A stretch of 64,000 bases of DNA from Vicugna vicugna (taxonomy: Eukaryota). Where the stretch lies: assembly GCA_013265495.1 (NCBI GenBank), contig MU058463.1, positions 930,001 to 994,000 of the forward strand. Reading direction: 5' to 3'. The translations under genes were made by a program, and so were the position numbers. The notes beneath the pieces were generated by a model, which saw only the letters and a program-made list of their open reading frames with translations, was not told where the DNA came from and did no database searches. This document shows, one piece after another, positions 1 through 12,964 of this stretch. Position 1 is the first letter of the stretch; every line of letters starts with the position of its first letter.

Positions 1-499
1 AAGGCTGTTGTTAGCAGAATGAACTGGAGTCATCAACAAAGAAAAATCAATAAAAAGATTAGAGATTATTTTTACTTGTTCAAAATTGTAATCTCATCTT
101 GAAGTAGGAATAAACTTTGATATATGCATTTTATAGATTTTATCCTTAAGACTTTATCAAAATTTGGACAGAAAATATTTTACATATTGGCTTATATTTT
201 TTTTTGTTGCTGTATACAAACATCACATTTTTTGCTTTATTATGTGGTTGAACAAGTTCCTGTCGATTCTGTGACCATAAGGCTTCTGATACTAGAGATC
301 TTCATATGAGAACTTCTAGAGATATTCAGTTATCAGATCCTTCAGACAACCACAAAACTGAATTTGGTATTTTTCATTTATACAGTATACTGCAAATTAT
401 TTTCAGCATTGTATAGTTTATGTAATAACATCTGTATAGGGCTTTAAAACTATATAGGGTTTTAATCTGTGTAAAGCCAAAATAAATATATGTGTCTAT

Positions 500-700
500 T
501 CTAGTGAAATGGAAGATTTAGGTTGTTTCAAAATTTTTGCTATTACAACATACTTTGTAGTATAGTGCTTCTTTGTACACATATGCCAGTGTTTCTAGGT
601 CATGTTCTGTGAGTATAATTCGTAGGTTATACACATCATCAATTTTATTTAAAAATATTAAATTGCAATTTTAAGACAGGGATATGATATATACCTGCTT
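500..700 (-). mobile_element. Ancient L1 (L1ME-like) 3' region fragment
   Basis: 'ttaggttgtttcaaaatttttgctattacaaca...cttctttgtacacatatg' resembles the reverse complement of old L1 3' sequence; heavily diverged. Confidence 0.55.
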
Positions 701-1315
701 CATATTGTTTCATACTTATCCAACTGACTTCCTTTTATGCATTCAGAGAATGCACAGCCATAGTGACTACTGATTACTGCAGTTCTGAATAGCAGGTTTA
801 GTTTCATAAATACTGTTATTCAGCAGTGCAAAAATTAAAATGCAGTATTTCCGTTTGTTCACTTCCCTTTTTATCTCAAGCCTGTTAGTTTACCTCAACA
901 ACTCTCTGATTTTTTTTTTCTAATTAAGAAAGAAAAACTGTGACAAATGAAGAAAAGTACTGTAGAAAATGAGATGTTTGATAGCAGTGTTACATTGGGG
1001 CAAAACAAATGTCAGAACTGTCAATATTTGAGAATTCAGTCATGTTCTGCCCACCAAGGTCTGGGAATAAAAGAAAAAGTTGCCTCTAAGAATTAAACTA
1101 CAAACACAACATCTAACTGATCATCACAGAGATACACTAAATGATTTTAGTCAGACTTCTAAGCTGGTAACATTTAACTGCATCTCTCGTAAATGACAGG
1201 CAGCAAATCTAAGGAAATAATTCCTCAATAATGAACAGTATCATTACCACTAAAGCACGGGATATCTAAATTCTTTCATATTGTATTGAAGCTCTGTCAA
1301 GAAAAGAAAGTCTTG

Positions 1316-1510
1316 GCATTTGTTATCCAAAACAGTAGCAACTAACCACACATAGCAAGTAAAATTTAATTTTACTTTTACTAAATTAAACAGAAATTCA
1401 GTTAGTTATACTATTTACATTCCAAGTGCTCAATGGCCGCAATTGACTAGTTACAAGTTACAACGCTCCACTGTTCTGTGGTCACAGAGTATTCTACTAA
1501 ACAATGCTGG
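1316..1510 (-). mobile_element. hAT-Charlie non-autonomous DNA transposon, MER3-like
   Basis: 'tccaaaacagtagcaactaaccacacatagc...gaaattcagtt...acattccaagtgctcaatggccgcaattgactagt...ttctactaaacaatgctg' follows the reverse complement of the MER3 consensus as I recall it. Confidence 0.7.
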
Positions 1511-2249
1511 TTTAGACAATAGATTTCAAATATTTACATAACAGTGTGGAAGTGACTTACTAAGTAATAGCGCAACAACTTGCACTATTATAATCTTATT
1601 TCTAGAAATATTCTCAGTATGATATAAATTCATATATTTATACTAGCATGATGCCATTACCTGTTTGAGCCATTTACATTGTCATTTATCTTTCCATGTT
1701 CAAGTTTTGTCTTTTATAATAGATTGGGCTGGTCGTGAATATTCAATTATGCTAACCCTTATTAAAATATTTTTATTGGAAGTGAGTAAACTGAGTATCT
1801 GATTTGATTTTACATTGTAAATTACTTTACAGATAAATAAATTAATCATGCCAATACATGAATTCCACCCTAAGTATCAGTTATATTATTTCTTGCAAAT
1901 TAACACATTGCCCTTCTGGCTTTACACATCATTCACATGTGCTTGATTACTGCTAAATATATCCAAGATATTGTTACAACTCTTAGCAGATATATTAGGT
2001 GTTCATTAAAATTTTGATGGCTATAGCAGGTGAATAGGTGCTGGATTATATATAATTATGCAATCATAAAATGTCAACAAGACATAAACATGTATACGCA
2101 GGTGTCCAGAGAGAGACTTAGATCTATAGTTTCAACTGTGTTCCCTTTCAGAAATAACCAACCACACTTTGAAAATTAAGAACACTAACTGAATTAGTTA
2201 TTCAAATGATTGAACTACACATATTATCACAGTACAGCACAATGGTAAA

Positions 2250-2483
2250 AACAAAGGACAAAACCATAAACTTCAGTGTCTAAGAAACAATTGTGCCCTT
2301 TCATTTAACCCTGGATCACTCATACAAGCTACTGAATCTCTCTATACTTCTGTTTTTTATTTGTAAAATGCAAATAATAATATTCTACTTCATAGCTTCA
2401 GAATTATTTGAAGCTATGCTTTTTAAGCACCTACAGTATTACCAGGATCACAATAAACATTCATTAAATAATGGTTGTTATTA
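2250..2483 (+). mobile_element. MIR SINE
   Basis: MIR core 'caagctactgaatctctctatacttctgtttttatttgtaaaatgcaaataataatattctacttcatag' and tail 'aataaacattcattaaataatggttgttatt'. Confidence 0.75.
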
Positions 2484-2899
2484 GAGTATATTAAAACATT
2501 CATCTTAAGGCTTCATTTTTAAAATGTGCTTTATTTTAGGAGACTTTAAACAGATGAATGTTGAAGTTTGAAAAAAAAACTTTAACAATCAATAAACAGG
2601 AAGAATTCACTACACTAATGGATTACTCATCAGAAGAAACAATGATTCTCAACCTCTATCAAATTGTGATGTAGATAAAATACTTGAATGATAAAAATCT
2701 TTAAAATAATTTCCTAATAAAAATCTATGAATAGCATTTATTTCATATCATAATGAGGGAGTCATATAAATTAAAAAGGAATACTATTTGAAGATTTTTT
2801 CCAGGAGATAGTTATGTTAGTCCAGTGAAACATTAGACCATATATTTTTACAAGGTACAAAAGTAGCACACAGCTCAGATGCAGTGGTTGAAGTAATTG

Positions 2900-3230
2900 T
2901 TCACATAAGAGACCTTCTGTTATTCATCATTTCACTTCTCCTGGTTTGTCCTGCCACACTTTTGGATTTCAGTTTTCCTCAATGCTCTTGCCACTTTAAT
3001 GGAGCAGCAGTTGTTCAGTCATTTCAGCTCAGTGACTTGAATGTGCTGCTTTCTTCATCTGTCACCAAAGTTACTCTTTTGTTCTCAGAGTCACCCTTCG
3101 AAGACTGATTAAGCATATCCCCCTCAGGAGTCATCCTTGGCCATCTTCCCTCCCCCAGTTTGGGTAAGGTTTCTCTACTTTGCATTCCTTGTATGCATCT
3201 CCTCCACAGCATTTCCTTTGCGTTTTTCAT
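2900..3230 (+). mobile_element. L2 LINE 3' region fragment
   Basis: Pyrimidine-rich L2-like tract 'gacttgaatgtgctgctttcttcatctg...atatccccctcaggagtcatccttggcc'; very diverged. Confidence 0.5.
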
Positions 3231-3267
3231 TTTTGTAGTTTTGTTAGGTTTTATATAAAATGTCCAT

Positions 3268-3748
3268 TGTTTACTTATTTTTAATTATTATTGCAGATAC
3301 ACATCCTTAACTACAGCGTCACCTCATTGAAGTCAGTGATTTTATCCATCACGTCGAAAGTTCCCCCACACTCTAATTTTTGTGATAAGAACACCTAAAA
3401 TAAATACTGCCCTCTTGGCAAATTTTTAAATGTATAATACAGTATTGCTAACTATAGGTACTATGCTCTACACTAGATCTCTAGGACTTAATCATCTCAC
3501 ATAACTGAAACTTTGTACCCTCTAACCAACATCTCCCTGCTTCACCCTCCCCTTAGCCCTTGTGACCACCATTCTATTATCTACTTCTGTGAGTCTGACG
3601 ATTTTAGATTCTTCATATAAGTGAGATCATGTTTATGTGTTCTTCTGTGTCTGGCTTATTTCACTTAGCATAATGCCATCCAGGTTTACCCATGTTGTGA
3701 GAAATGGCAGGATTTCCTTCTTTATTAAGGCTGAGTAATATAATATCT
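3268..3748 (-). mobile_element. L1 3' end (L1MA/L1MB-type), 3' part of a 5'-inverted insertion
   Basis: 'attttagattcttcatataagtgagatcatg...tgtctggcttatttcacttagcataatg...aaatggcaggatttccttcttt' is the reverse complement of the L1 ORF2 end and 3'UTR; T-rich tail near 3270. Confidence 0.9.
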
Positions 3749-3749
3749 A

Positions 3750-3930
3750 TGTAAATTGGTACAACCACTGTGGAAAATGGTATGGAGGTTACTAAAAACT
3801 TTTTAAATATAATTACCATAAGATTTAGCAATCTTACTTCTAGATATATAGTCAAAGGAATTAAAATCAGTATCTTAAAGAGAAATCAGCACTCCCATGT
3901 TTGTTTCAATATTAGTATTCACAATCATCA
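3750..3930 (+). mobile_element. L1 ORF2 C-terminal segment, inverted relative to the adjacent L1
   Basis: 'gtaaattggtacaaccactgtggaaaatggtatggaggtt...gcactcccatgttt...tattcacaat' is sense L1 sequence that normally lies just upstream of the neighbouring minus-strand piece. Confidence 0.85.
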
Positions 3931-4973
3931 ATTAGTTTACATGGCAAACTTTCCAATTTGAAATTGAAATAAAATTTTAAGAATGGAATAAAATAAACTC
4001 TTAACCTTCATAGAAAAAGGCCTGCTTTTGTATTATCTTTAATACATTTTCTAAGGAATACCATGTATGTCTCTTTCTGTTGATTATAAAGCATTCCTTA
4101 AAAAAAAGTAGAAATTCCAAAGGACATATATAGATTCAAACATACACCTTTGATCTAATTTTTATTACTATAGCATCTCTTCCAAGGTCATGATTATGCT
4201 CAATCCTTCCTTATTTTACAGTATTACAAGATACTAATGTGACTGCACTGAGTGTTAAACCAGAATCTTATATTAAACAGAGGGTCTCTTACAAAACGTA
4301 CAATACTTAGAAAATTTTGTGAGTGTGTGTATGTCATGGGATTAATCAAATCTAAGTGGCATATATGGCATATTTGACACAAAAGCAGATCATTATTTAA
4401 CATCTCTTCCCATACATGACAAAATTATTTTCAGCAATGATTATGTAATGGAACAAATAATACATACAGCCAAAAAAAATCCAGGCAGAGAAAATATTCT
4501 TATATGTAAGGCAGTAAAAAATAAACAAGTAAAATTTAGTAGTACAGTAAAAAATTTGTATGTTAATTACATAAATGTATTTTTTAAAAGAAAGGGACGA
4601 ATCTTAGACCTATATTGGTAATAAATAATAAGATTGCAGTCTCTGGTTTTGAGTTTTGGTATTTCTAAATATGCAATAATTTCATTTAGAATTGCCTACT
4701 TAAATTCATGTTTAAGGCATAGTATATCAACATTTGTCACAGTTGTTTGCTCACGATTGATTGAAGAGTCATTTTTGTTCATTTTAAACATGAAACCTTT
4801 TGGAAATTAAAATTAATACAGTCATATTAATAGGTAAATAAGAAAAGACAATAATGAAAGAAATTTAGCAAAGATTCATGAAAATGTCATTTCACAAAGT
4901 ATTTCAAAAATTAAAATACCTAATTTTTTTGTCTTTGATAACATTTTGAGCTGCTTTCAAATATAATCACAAT

Positions 4974-5453
4974 TGTATTAGTATTCTATGGCAGCTATAA
5001 AAACACATTACCACAAAGTGGCTTAAAATAACACAAATTTATTATCTTACAGTTCTGGAGTTTAATAGCCCAAAATGGGTCACAATAGGCTAAAATCAGG
5101 GGATTGGCAAGGCTGTGTTTGTCTGGGGTCTAGGATACAATTGGTGTCTTAGCTTCTAAAGACCACCACATCCACCATACAGGCGGTCGCTTTTCTTCAT
5201 CTTCAAAGTCAGCAACACTGCATCCCTCTGTCTATTCTCTTCCATTGATCTCAGTGAGGATAGGTTCTTCTCCTTTTAAGGACACTTGTGATTAAATCTG
5301 ATCCACTCAAATAATCTAGAATGATTTCTCAAACTCCAGGTTCTTAACCTAATCACATGTACAAAGTCCATTTGCTGGGTAAGGTAACATTTTCACAGAT
5401 TCCAGCAATTAGGAGTGTGGTCATTTTTAGAAGCCATCATTCTGCCAGCCATA
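4974..5453 (-). mobile_element. MaLR solo LTR (MLT1 family)
   Basis: Starts 'tgtattagtattctatggcagct', contains 'cacaaagtggcttaaaataacacaaatttattatcttacagttctggag', ends 'cattctgccagccata'; near-perfect 5-bp TSD acaat (4969-4973) / acaag (5454-5458). Confidence 0.88.
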
Positions 5454-5574
5454 ACAAGGAAAATACAATAATAATAAATAGCTACATTGAATGACAGAAC
5501 TGAAATAAGATAAGCTCTGTTTCTTGATCTTTAAAACCAGTGTGCAGTCATTCTTTATTTCAAAGTCACTGTTT

Positions 5575-5705
5575 AAATGCAATAATATGTGAGGAGATGG
5601 GTATGTTAATTACCTTGACAGTAACAATCATTTCACTGTGTATATGTATATGTAAACATCGTGTTGTGCACCACAAATATGTAAAATCTATATTAGAAAT
5701 AAAGG
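5575..5705 (+). mobile_element. L1 extreme 3' end fragment
   Basis: 'tatgtgaggagatgggtatgttaattaccttgacagtaacaatcattttcactgtgtatatgtata...acatcgtgttgtgcacc' followed by an A-rich tail. Confidence 0.8.
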
Positions 5706-6399
5706 AAAAATAGAAAAATACAATGATATGTATATATAGAAAATAAGCTTAAATGATTCTGAAAGGATACAAACATTCTCAAAAGAGTTGCATGTAGCTG
5801 AGTCTCCTTTTTTGGAGGGTGACAACATAAACAGAAGTTTTCAAAACTAGTGTGCAGAATAAGGTGATCTTTAAAGATAAGAAATAAAATGTGTTAATTT
5901 GAGTTTTGTATATTATATAAACTTAACAGTAATACCAACATTTTTTCAGAATTTAAAAACAATATGTATTTTTTTTAAATAAGTACTTTATCCCTGCCGT
6001 TGCTTAGACTTTATACAGAATTATGGTTATTGCTTATGAATTTTCTGTAGACAATTCTCCTATTTAATGCCTGCACACTTATTGGAAGACTCTTGTCTCT
6101 GGTCCACATAAAAGTCATAGAAAATGCCCAAATGAAAAAGGCAGAAGCTTTATTAGCAACCCCAAATGTATTCTGACCAAAGGAGAGAACAGAGTTTGAC
6201 AAAACTCAAATGAGATTTTATCCCACCAATAAGATATATTTTGCATAATTCTGCACAGGTCATTCCATACAGAAGGAATGGCAGTATTAAGGAATGCCGG
6301 ATACTCCTGTGAGCTTTATGGAGAGCAAGTACTTGGTCTAGCCAGAAGGAAGTAAGGGAATGATTCTTCATGGTATCTTCTGAAATGCAAAGATTTTAA

Positions 6400-7330
6400 T
6401 GTTGATTTTTTTTCCCTGTGAAGTTTGCAGTTGTTGCTGGGGTTTTTTGTTTGTTTGTTTGTTTGCTATTTCTTTGTTTAATAATTTGCACAGTTCAGAG
6501 CTATGAAATCGATTTCCCCTGCAATGTTTGGCATTTGATGTTTCGCCTTAGTTTTTGGTTTGTGTGTTTTCTTGATATTATTTTAAGGCCTGTTTTCCTA
6601 GAGTTTACCCCTGTGTTTGTGTAACTTAGTGGACAGACAGTGATGGGACAGAGTTGTTCTTAAATGCCTTGATCCAGTAAGGCGCTCATTTTTTGATGGG
6701 TCTCTGGGTAGGTAGGGAAGGGCATTCAGGATTTTAATGGCTGCCCTGGCTCGTACTTTTCACAGGGCCCTTGTTGCCTCTCTTTAGTGGGCATAAGCAC
6801 AACTTCAGGGGTGGCCATGAGTATTGGGTTAGCTTGGGCCCTCTCTGAGCCTCCCTTATGCAGGCGTACTGCCTCAGCCAGATAGATGCTTGTTCCAACC
6901 AAGAAGGAAACCTCAGGTAGAGGGGGTGGCCATCCGCACTGACCTACCTCTGAAATCATCACTTCCACAGACAATACTGCTACACTGTCCAGTGCTCAAA
7001 AATGAGTTACATTCATTGGAACTTGGCAGACAGAAACCAGTCCTCACACTTGACCTCCCCACCCCATAAAACCTTCAAGCCTACTAACGGTGGGGGGGGG
7101 GGTTGGAGGGGAAGTGGCTGATGAGAGCAAGCCTGAGGGAAAAAGGCCACAGATTTCTGTGTTCTCACTGCAAGTTTGGCACTTTTTTTCAAGAATAAAG
7201 GCTTCTGTGAATGACACACTTTTGAGCCATTTCCAGAGCACTGAAGTGTTTATTTCTGTCAGTTTTATTGAGCTTTACAGTTGCTTTTTGCAGAGACTTT
7301 CTGATTGCTTCACTTGATTGTGACAACAAT
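6400..7330 (-). mobile_element. Old L1 5'UTR-type fragment (L1M/L1MC/L1MD-like)
   Basis: 'gtaacttagtggacagacagtgatgggacagagttgttcttaaatgccttga' and 'catttccagagcactgaagtg...tcagttttattgagctttacagttgctttt' resemble reverse-complemented old L1 5' ends. Confidence 0.6.
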
Positions 7331-7369
7331 GATTCTTGGTCTTCCTGGAGTACAGAGGGCAAGCTCTTG

Positions 7370-8240
7370 TCTGGGTTTTAGCAGGCACTCTTCCCTCTGC
7401 CTGGGTGCTCAGCACACATACAGGTACCTGGATTATTCCTTCAATTAATTCAGGCTTCACCTTCAGTATCAGCCTATTGGGAAAGCCATCCTTCCCTATA
7501 CAAATAGCTTCCCCTCTGTATCACCTTCCTCTTGCTTTATTTTGTTCTCTCCTTCTTATTGCCACTTATACAGATCTTCCTTGACTTACAGTGTGGTTAC
7601 ATCTTGATAAAACCATTGTAAGTTGAAAATATCATAAGTTGAAAATGATTTAATACACCTAACCTACTGAGCATCATAGCTTAGCCTAGCCTGACTTAAA
7701 TGTGCTCAGAACACTTACATTAGCCGGCAGTTGGGCAAAATCATCTAACACAAAGCCTATTTTAAGAGTAAAGTTTTGAATATCTCAGCAGTTTATTGAA
7801 TACTGTACTAAAAGTGAAAAACAGAACGGCTGTATGAGTACAGCATGGTTGTAAGGGTACTGATGGTTTACCCTAGCGATTGTGTGGCTGACTGGGAGCT
7901 GCAGCTCTCTGCGGCTGCCCAGCATCACAAGAAAGTAGAGAGTATTGGATTTTAGCACACTGCTAGCCTGGGAAAAGATAAAAATTAAAAATTTGAGGCA
8001 CGGTTTCTATTGAATGCAAACTTCTTCCACAGCATCGTAGAGTTGAAAAATTATGTCAAACCATTGTTAGTCAGGGACCAACTGTATTAGACACATTACA
8101 TGTACTCCTCCTCTGACACGACAGGCAACTCTGCTTCATTCAAGGTGTATTCCCAAAATATACAAGTAATATCTGCCACAGAAGAGATGCTCGATAGGTA
8201 CTGAAGGAATGGATGAGTTAGTGATCAAGTGAATAAAGTA
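7370..8240 (+). mobile_element. L2 3' end, interrupted by the Tigger element at 7571-8084
   Basis: 'gcactcttccctctgcctgggtgctc' before the insertion; 'tgtattcccaaaa...tctgccacagaagagatgctcgataggtactgaaggaatggatgagt' (L2 tail) after it. Confidence 0.7.
7571..8084 (+). mobile_element. TcMar-Tigger non-autonomous DNA transposon (MER47/Tigger5-like)
   Basis: TA|cagatcttccttgacttacagtgtggtt ... aaccattgttagtcagggaccaactg|TA: imperfect TIRs with TA target duplication; internal 'aatacacctaacctactgagcatcatagcttagcctagcct' matches the family as I recall it. Confidence 0.9.
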
Positions 8241-10226
8241 AAAAGGTAAGTAATAAAGTACACTCTGCCAGAGGAATTTTTCTTCTTTTGAGTTAGCACT
8301 AAAGACAACTAAAAGGAAAAAATGATGGTCTTTAAGATGGAGTCACCATTGTATTTTCCATTCAGTTTCCTAGGAGTATTTTAACACTTTATAAATAGTC
8401 TTTGAAAAAGCCTCACTTCCATTCTATGACTTAATTGGCTTGAGGAAATTTCTTTAAAAATTTCTATTTCTTGGATGTGCCTGAGGATCCCAAAGTCAGA
8501 GTCATTTCATTGAGCTAGCATTAAAAAATCATTATCTTTCACGCTTAAAGAACTATATAGTGTGTAATTGCTCTCCTAGTCTGAAAGTACTACAGGAGAC
8601 ATTTTCTGTAACATGATCACAAGACAAAGTTGGCGTCTGCATTAATTGCAGCTATGATGTGGCATAATATTAAGTGTCGAGGGTGTCATTGAATAGAGAA
8701 ATATCAGGGACACAAGAGTAACTACTGGGCAGGCAGAAAACAGAAGAAGACCAAACAATCGAAAAATTGAATGAAACAAATAGTGGAGGTGCTATGTCAG
8801 ATGTTAGGGACTAGAAGGGAAGAGGAGGCAAAACTAGTAGCGATGTTAGAAAGCTTCAAAAAGAGGTGGTGCAGATGAAAAGTGCCTTCTCTTTTCTGTG
8901 GCTTTCCATAGCTTGAAGTAAATTCTTATCAGTACACCAAACTGACTGTTTAGTAATAAAATGACCAACAGACAGCCAATGAACAAGTCAGCGGAACAAA
9001 GGAGTAGGGATGAGATTGTTAATTATTTTCAGTTAAAAATAGGTTCATTCTAATGAGTATGTAGTAATGTACAACACATATTTAGTTTTTAAATTAATTC
9101 TCTGAATTAAAAATATATTTTGTGTATTCTGTAGCAGGATGTTTCTATAACTTGTAAACAGCTAAGTCATGGACTCATTTTACTTAAGTGGCCCTGTTGG
9201 GATTTTCAGGGCTACTTTGGGGCTGCCTTTTTTTTTTCCTGCAGGATGTTCCTAAATTTACTGAATCAGCTTGAAGCCATAGAGTCTTTTTTTTCTAGAT
9301 CACAGAAAAATTTTTTTCTAGTACATGAAACATACTTTAAAAGAGGCCCCAATGCATCAAATTTTGCTATTTGTAGCTACACTTGAAAGCATTCAGTTAG
9401 AGAAATACATAACAATTTCATTCAATTACCTAGATGTGATGTGTGCCATTTTAGGAAAAGAAAATGAACAAAAATGTGATCTTTAAATCCATCTAAATGC
9501 AAAGGGAAAAATATAGTTGGTTATTTGATGCTGGATCTTAATAACATGGAAAGTCCATTTATTTCAAAATATTTGTTTTGTTGAATAATGTAGATAAAAA
9601 CCCACAAATAAGAAATTTTTAAGCTATGTGGGAATATTTTGCATATTTACTTTAAATTATCTGTTACCATAGACACTTGTTTACCATACTATTTTTTTTT
9701 ACCATCAAACATACACTTAAAATTATTTAGAGGGCCTTTCACACTGAGTAGAATATAAAGCAAGGATAAGAGGTGTTCTTTGCCAAGAAATTATGGATCT
9801 TTGGAGAGATAAGGTATTTATAAAGTGCTATATACCAAGTAGTACAACCTTACATATTTCACAGGCTAGTTACTCAGACCACAATCCAGGTGAAAGATGT
9901 AATTCTGTGACTCCCTATGCACTATTTTTGTGCATTTCATCTTCCCAATTTTATCACTTCGAACCTGCTAACCACTAGGCAGAACATTTTTGTACATTTT
10001 GTCTTTTGTTTTGATACAAAATAACACCATTTGAAGTTTATTGGGATCCAGGGATTAGGAACATTATGCTATAGTCTCATTTAACCAATAAAACATTTCA
10101 GAATTCTGTCTTCAATTCTCCTGAATATTTGTCATAAAGCAATACATTCTGATACTATTTTTTATATGAGGGAACACTTTGCCTAGAAATGAATTGCCAT
10201 TTTACTCAAGCATTCTAATTTGCTTA

Positions 10227-10230
<4 letters not shown>

Positions 10231-10260
<30 letters not shown>
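10231..10260. repeat. (TG)15 microsatellite
   Basis: Perfect dinucleotide run read directly. Confidence 0.98.
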
Positions 10261-10262
<2 letters not shown>

Positions 10263-11694
10263 TGTGATGAGATTACTTTGATCTGGATTTTGAATTGACT
10301 TAAAAATCAATTTTGTTGTTGTCAAACTAAAACGTAAAATACAACAATTAATGTTACTTTTAGTATACTAGGTTGATAGGGACTTTATGTTTCTTCCAAA
10401 CAAGTTTCTTTTGATAAGATTTGCTTTTATTAAATAAGGCTAAAACTAAGCAGGAATTAATTGCTATCAACAGCAGGTTGTCAGGTTTATGCAAATGAAG
10501 AATTAGAATCCTGCAATGCCATTTAAAAAGTTTTTTAATCTATCCTTCTCTCTGTAAGCAGGGAGATTTGGAGTCTGAAAAATCCTCCTTCAACATTTGT
10601 TTTCTTTTATTCCATGTAGAATCAGATGAATGGAGCAGTGTCAAAGCAATCATGGAAACCTGTGTTTTGTTTCTCCTAGTATCTCCCAGAGGAAGAGCCC
10701 TGATCCCATGAAAACAAGTGAGGGTCATTCCCACTTATGCAGCCTGCTGCTGTGAAAATAACAGATTAAACAAACTTTAGCCATTTCCTGCAGTTGCATT
10801 TCTTCATGTCCCTAGCCATATGGAACTCCAAAATCTGTTTGGTTATTTGCTCTGACACTGTTTGAGCTCTACTTCAAACCAGAGCACTGTTTTGCCCAAC
10901 ACATTGGACACTGCCAACTTATATGTGACTCTGAGAAAGGGAGCTTCCAACAATTATATTTTAACATTCTTATTGACAGTCAGGATCCTTCCTCCCTCTA
11001 CCTGCCCCACTTGATTATATATGCACTTAAAATTTCGGCTTGTCATGTAATGGACCACAGTGTTGCAATATCTTAAGACTACTTGCTCAGCTACTATTTC
11101 AAAATGGGGTTACGGAAAACCTAGCATTTGTTGTTATGCAAGATATGCACATGCATTTTACATTCTAGTATTGTGGAAGCCAATAGCAAAGTGACTTATG
11201 TATCAGTAAAATGCCAAAGATAATGATATTAGTGGGACTATCCTGGAGGCCAGTGATTCCCATCGAATTATGTATAACAAGTAAAATATTCTACTCTTTG
11301 TGTCTTTTCATATAGTTCTGGATTACACAATATAGAAATTGTAAGGGTTTATAATTCTTCTCTTTATCATTTGAAACATTCTTAAACCATTCATTTGTGA
11401 GCATTATTCACCTGAATGTTAGGAAAGGAGTTTGAGGATATATAACCCAGACAGAAAATAAATTTAGATATTAAGAAGTGGCATCTCAGCTTATGAAAAT
11501 GCTCTGCATTCAACCACAGACCTAAACAAACATCACAGCAAGAAAAAAGAAAAAGAGATCATGTGATAAAATATGGAGAGTAAGAAATAGATACCATTTT
11601 TCAGTCATTATTGAATGAATTGTCTTAAAATGAACTATTTTAATCTCATTAGATTTCAAGGACATCCACTGTCTTCTTTGTCAAGCTAACAACT

Positions 11695-12480
11695 CTTGAG
11701 TATTTATTCTGAATAAGGCACAATATGGAGACCTTCGTATGCAACATTTCCATTAATCAGCTAACCGTTAGGTAGTTAGATAAGTGGGGGCACCAGACAG
11801 ATAGGTGGAGGAGATGGTCCAGAAGATGGCGTTATGCCCACCTCCAGCATAGAGGGACTTTACTTCTTAATGAGTGTCAGCAAGAAACCTTTTAAAGTCC
11901 AACAGCCACAACTGTGTGGTAGCAGAAAGGACTTAACCAGACAGGACCCAATGTTCATTGTATTATAATTAACATTGTACTTTAGGTCCCCCCACCATGG
12001 GTTTTTCTGTATACACCATGGGCAAGGACATGCGCAAAGGACATGCCCAAACATGACTAAGCATCCCAGGGACAAAAGCTGTCAGTCAATCAAAAGACCA
12101 CCTCTAAGCGAGAGTATAAGAAAAAGGGGGGCCAAAAAGCACCGCTTTTCCTCCCTTGGATCAGCTGGACTCCCATTCTTGAAGATGTACTCTTCTCTTT
12201 CTAAATAAATCTTTTAAAACCTTTTCTCTGCACAATGCTTCCTGTCTCCCATCTGTAAATCTTATCTTTCTGGTAAGACAGGAATTGGACTTTTTCTGTT
12301 TGAATTTAGGGTAACATAACAACCCAAATTAGGTACCAATAGTGTCACCATTTTACAGATTAGAAAACTGGGGCTTAGAAAATTATATAACTTGTACAAA
12401 GTCACGCAGATGATAAATAGTTAAACCAGTTTTCAAGCACAGATATGTTTGATACCAGAGTCTAAATCTTTACCTCTTCA
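11695..12480 (-). mobile_element. MIR SINE split by the LTR at 11766-12316
   Basis: Left part 'aggcacaatatggagacctt...catttccattaatc'; right part 'aacccaaattaggtacc...ccattttacagattagaaaactgggcttagaaaattatataacttgtacaaagtcac'. Confidence 0.75.
11766..12316 (+). mobile_element. ERV1-type solo LTR, copy A
   Basis: Termini cgttaggtagttaga...gggtaaca (TG altered to CG); exact 4-bp TSD TAAC (11762-11765 / 12317-12320); TATA-like TATAAG at 12115; AATAAA at 12204; homologous to 25660-26235. Confidence 0.92.
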
Positions 12481-12629
12481 TGTAATGTCCCTGAGAATTA
12501 AGCATACATCACAAATATAAATATTTACTGTTTTACATTCTTGATATCACCACTCCAACAGTTGAAAAACATAGCATGTAATAGTTACTAATTGCCTATG
12601 TATTTGTTTGAAAAAATTGTCATATTCCC

Positions 12630-12925
12630 ATAAAGATGAAAAACTCTCAGCACACAAGGAAGAGAGGTAAACTTCCTCAGCTTGGTAAAAAATATCTACA
12701 AAAGACTTACAGCTAACATCATACTTAATGGTGAGAAATGCAAACCTTTCCCACTAGGATCATGTACAAGGCAAGAACATCCACTCTCACCACTCCTTTT
12801 TAACATCCTACTAAAGTTCTAGCTAATACAATAATAAAAGAAAAGAATACAGATTGGGAAGGGAAAAAAAAACAGTCTTTGCAGATAGCATGATCATCTA
12901 TGTAGAAAATTCTAAAGAATCTATA
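12630..12925 (+). mobile_element. L1 ORF2 reverse-transcriptase core remnant (non-coding)
   Basis: 'acaaggcaagaacatccactctcaccactcctttttaacatcctacta' encodes a TRQ..PLSPLLFNILL-like motif; 'tttgcagatagcatgatcatctatgtagaaaat' is a decayed FADDMIIYVEN motif. Confidence 0.9.
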
Positions 12926-12964
12926 ACAATTATAATCTATTAAAAACAGTGTAACGTATTATTG

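Noticed and set aside
1..400. Possible coding or transposase remnant at the window start
   Set aside because: No sustained open frame or recognisable motif on either strand.
7088..7111. G-run with G-quadruplex potential (also the C-run at ~32567-32582)
   Set aside because: These are homopolymer expansions within old L1 5' fragments, with no independent sign of function.
11975..12208. Similar peptides in ORFs 11975-12208(+) and 25759-25974(-) (PNMTKH.RDKS.QSIK) suggesting a paralogous small-protein family
   Set aside because: The similarity simply reflects the two homologous LTRs. The reading frames diverge immediately outside the shared block.
12630..12925. Reverse-transcriptase motifs as an active or domesticated RT
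   Set aside because: Short fragment with a mutated catalytic motif (FADS rather than FADD), frameshifts and no open frame.
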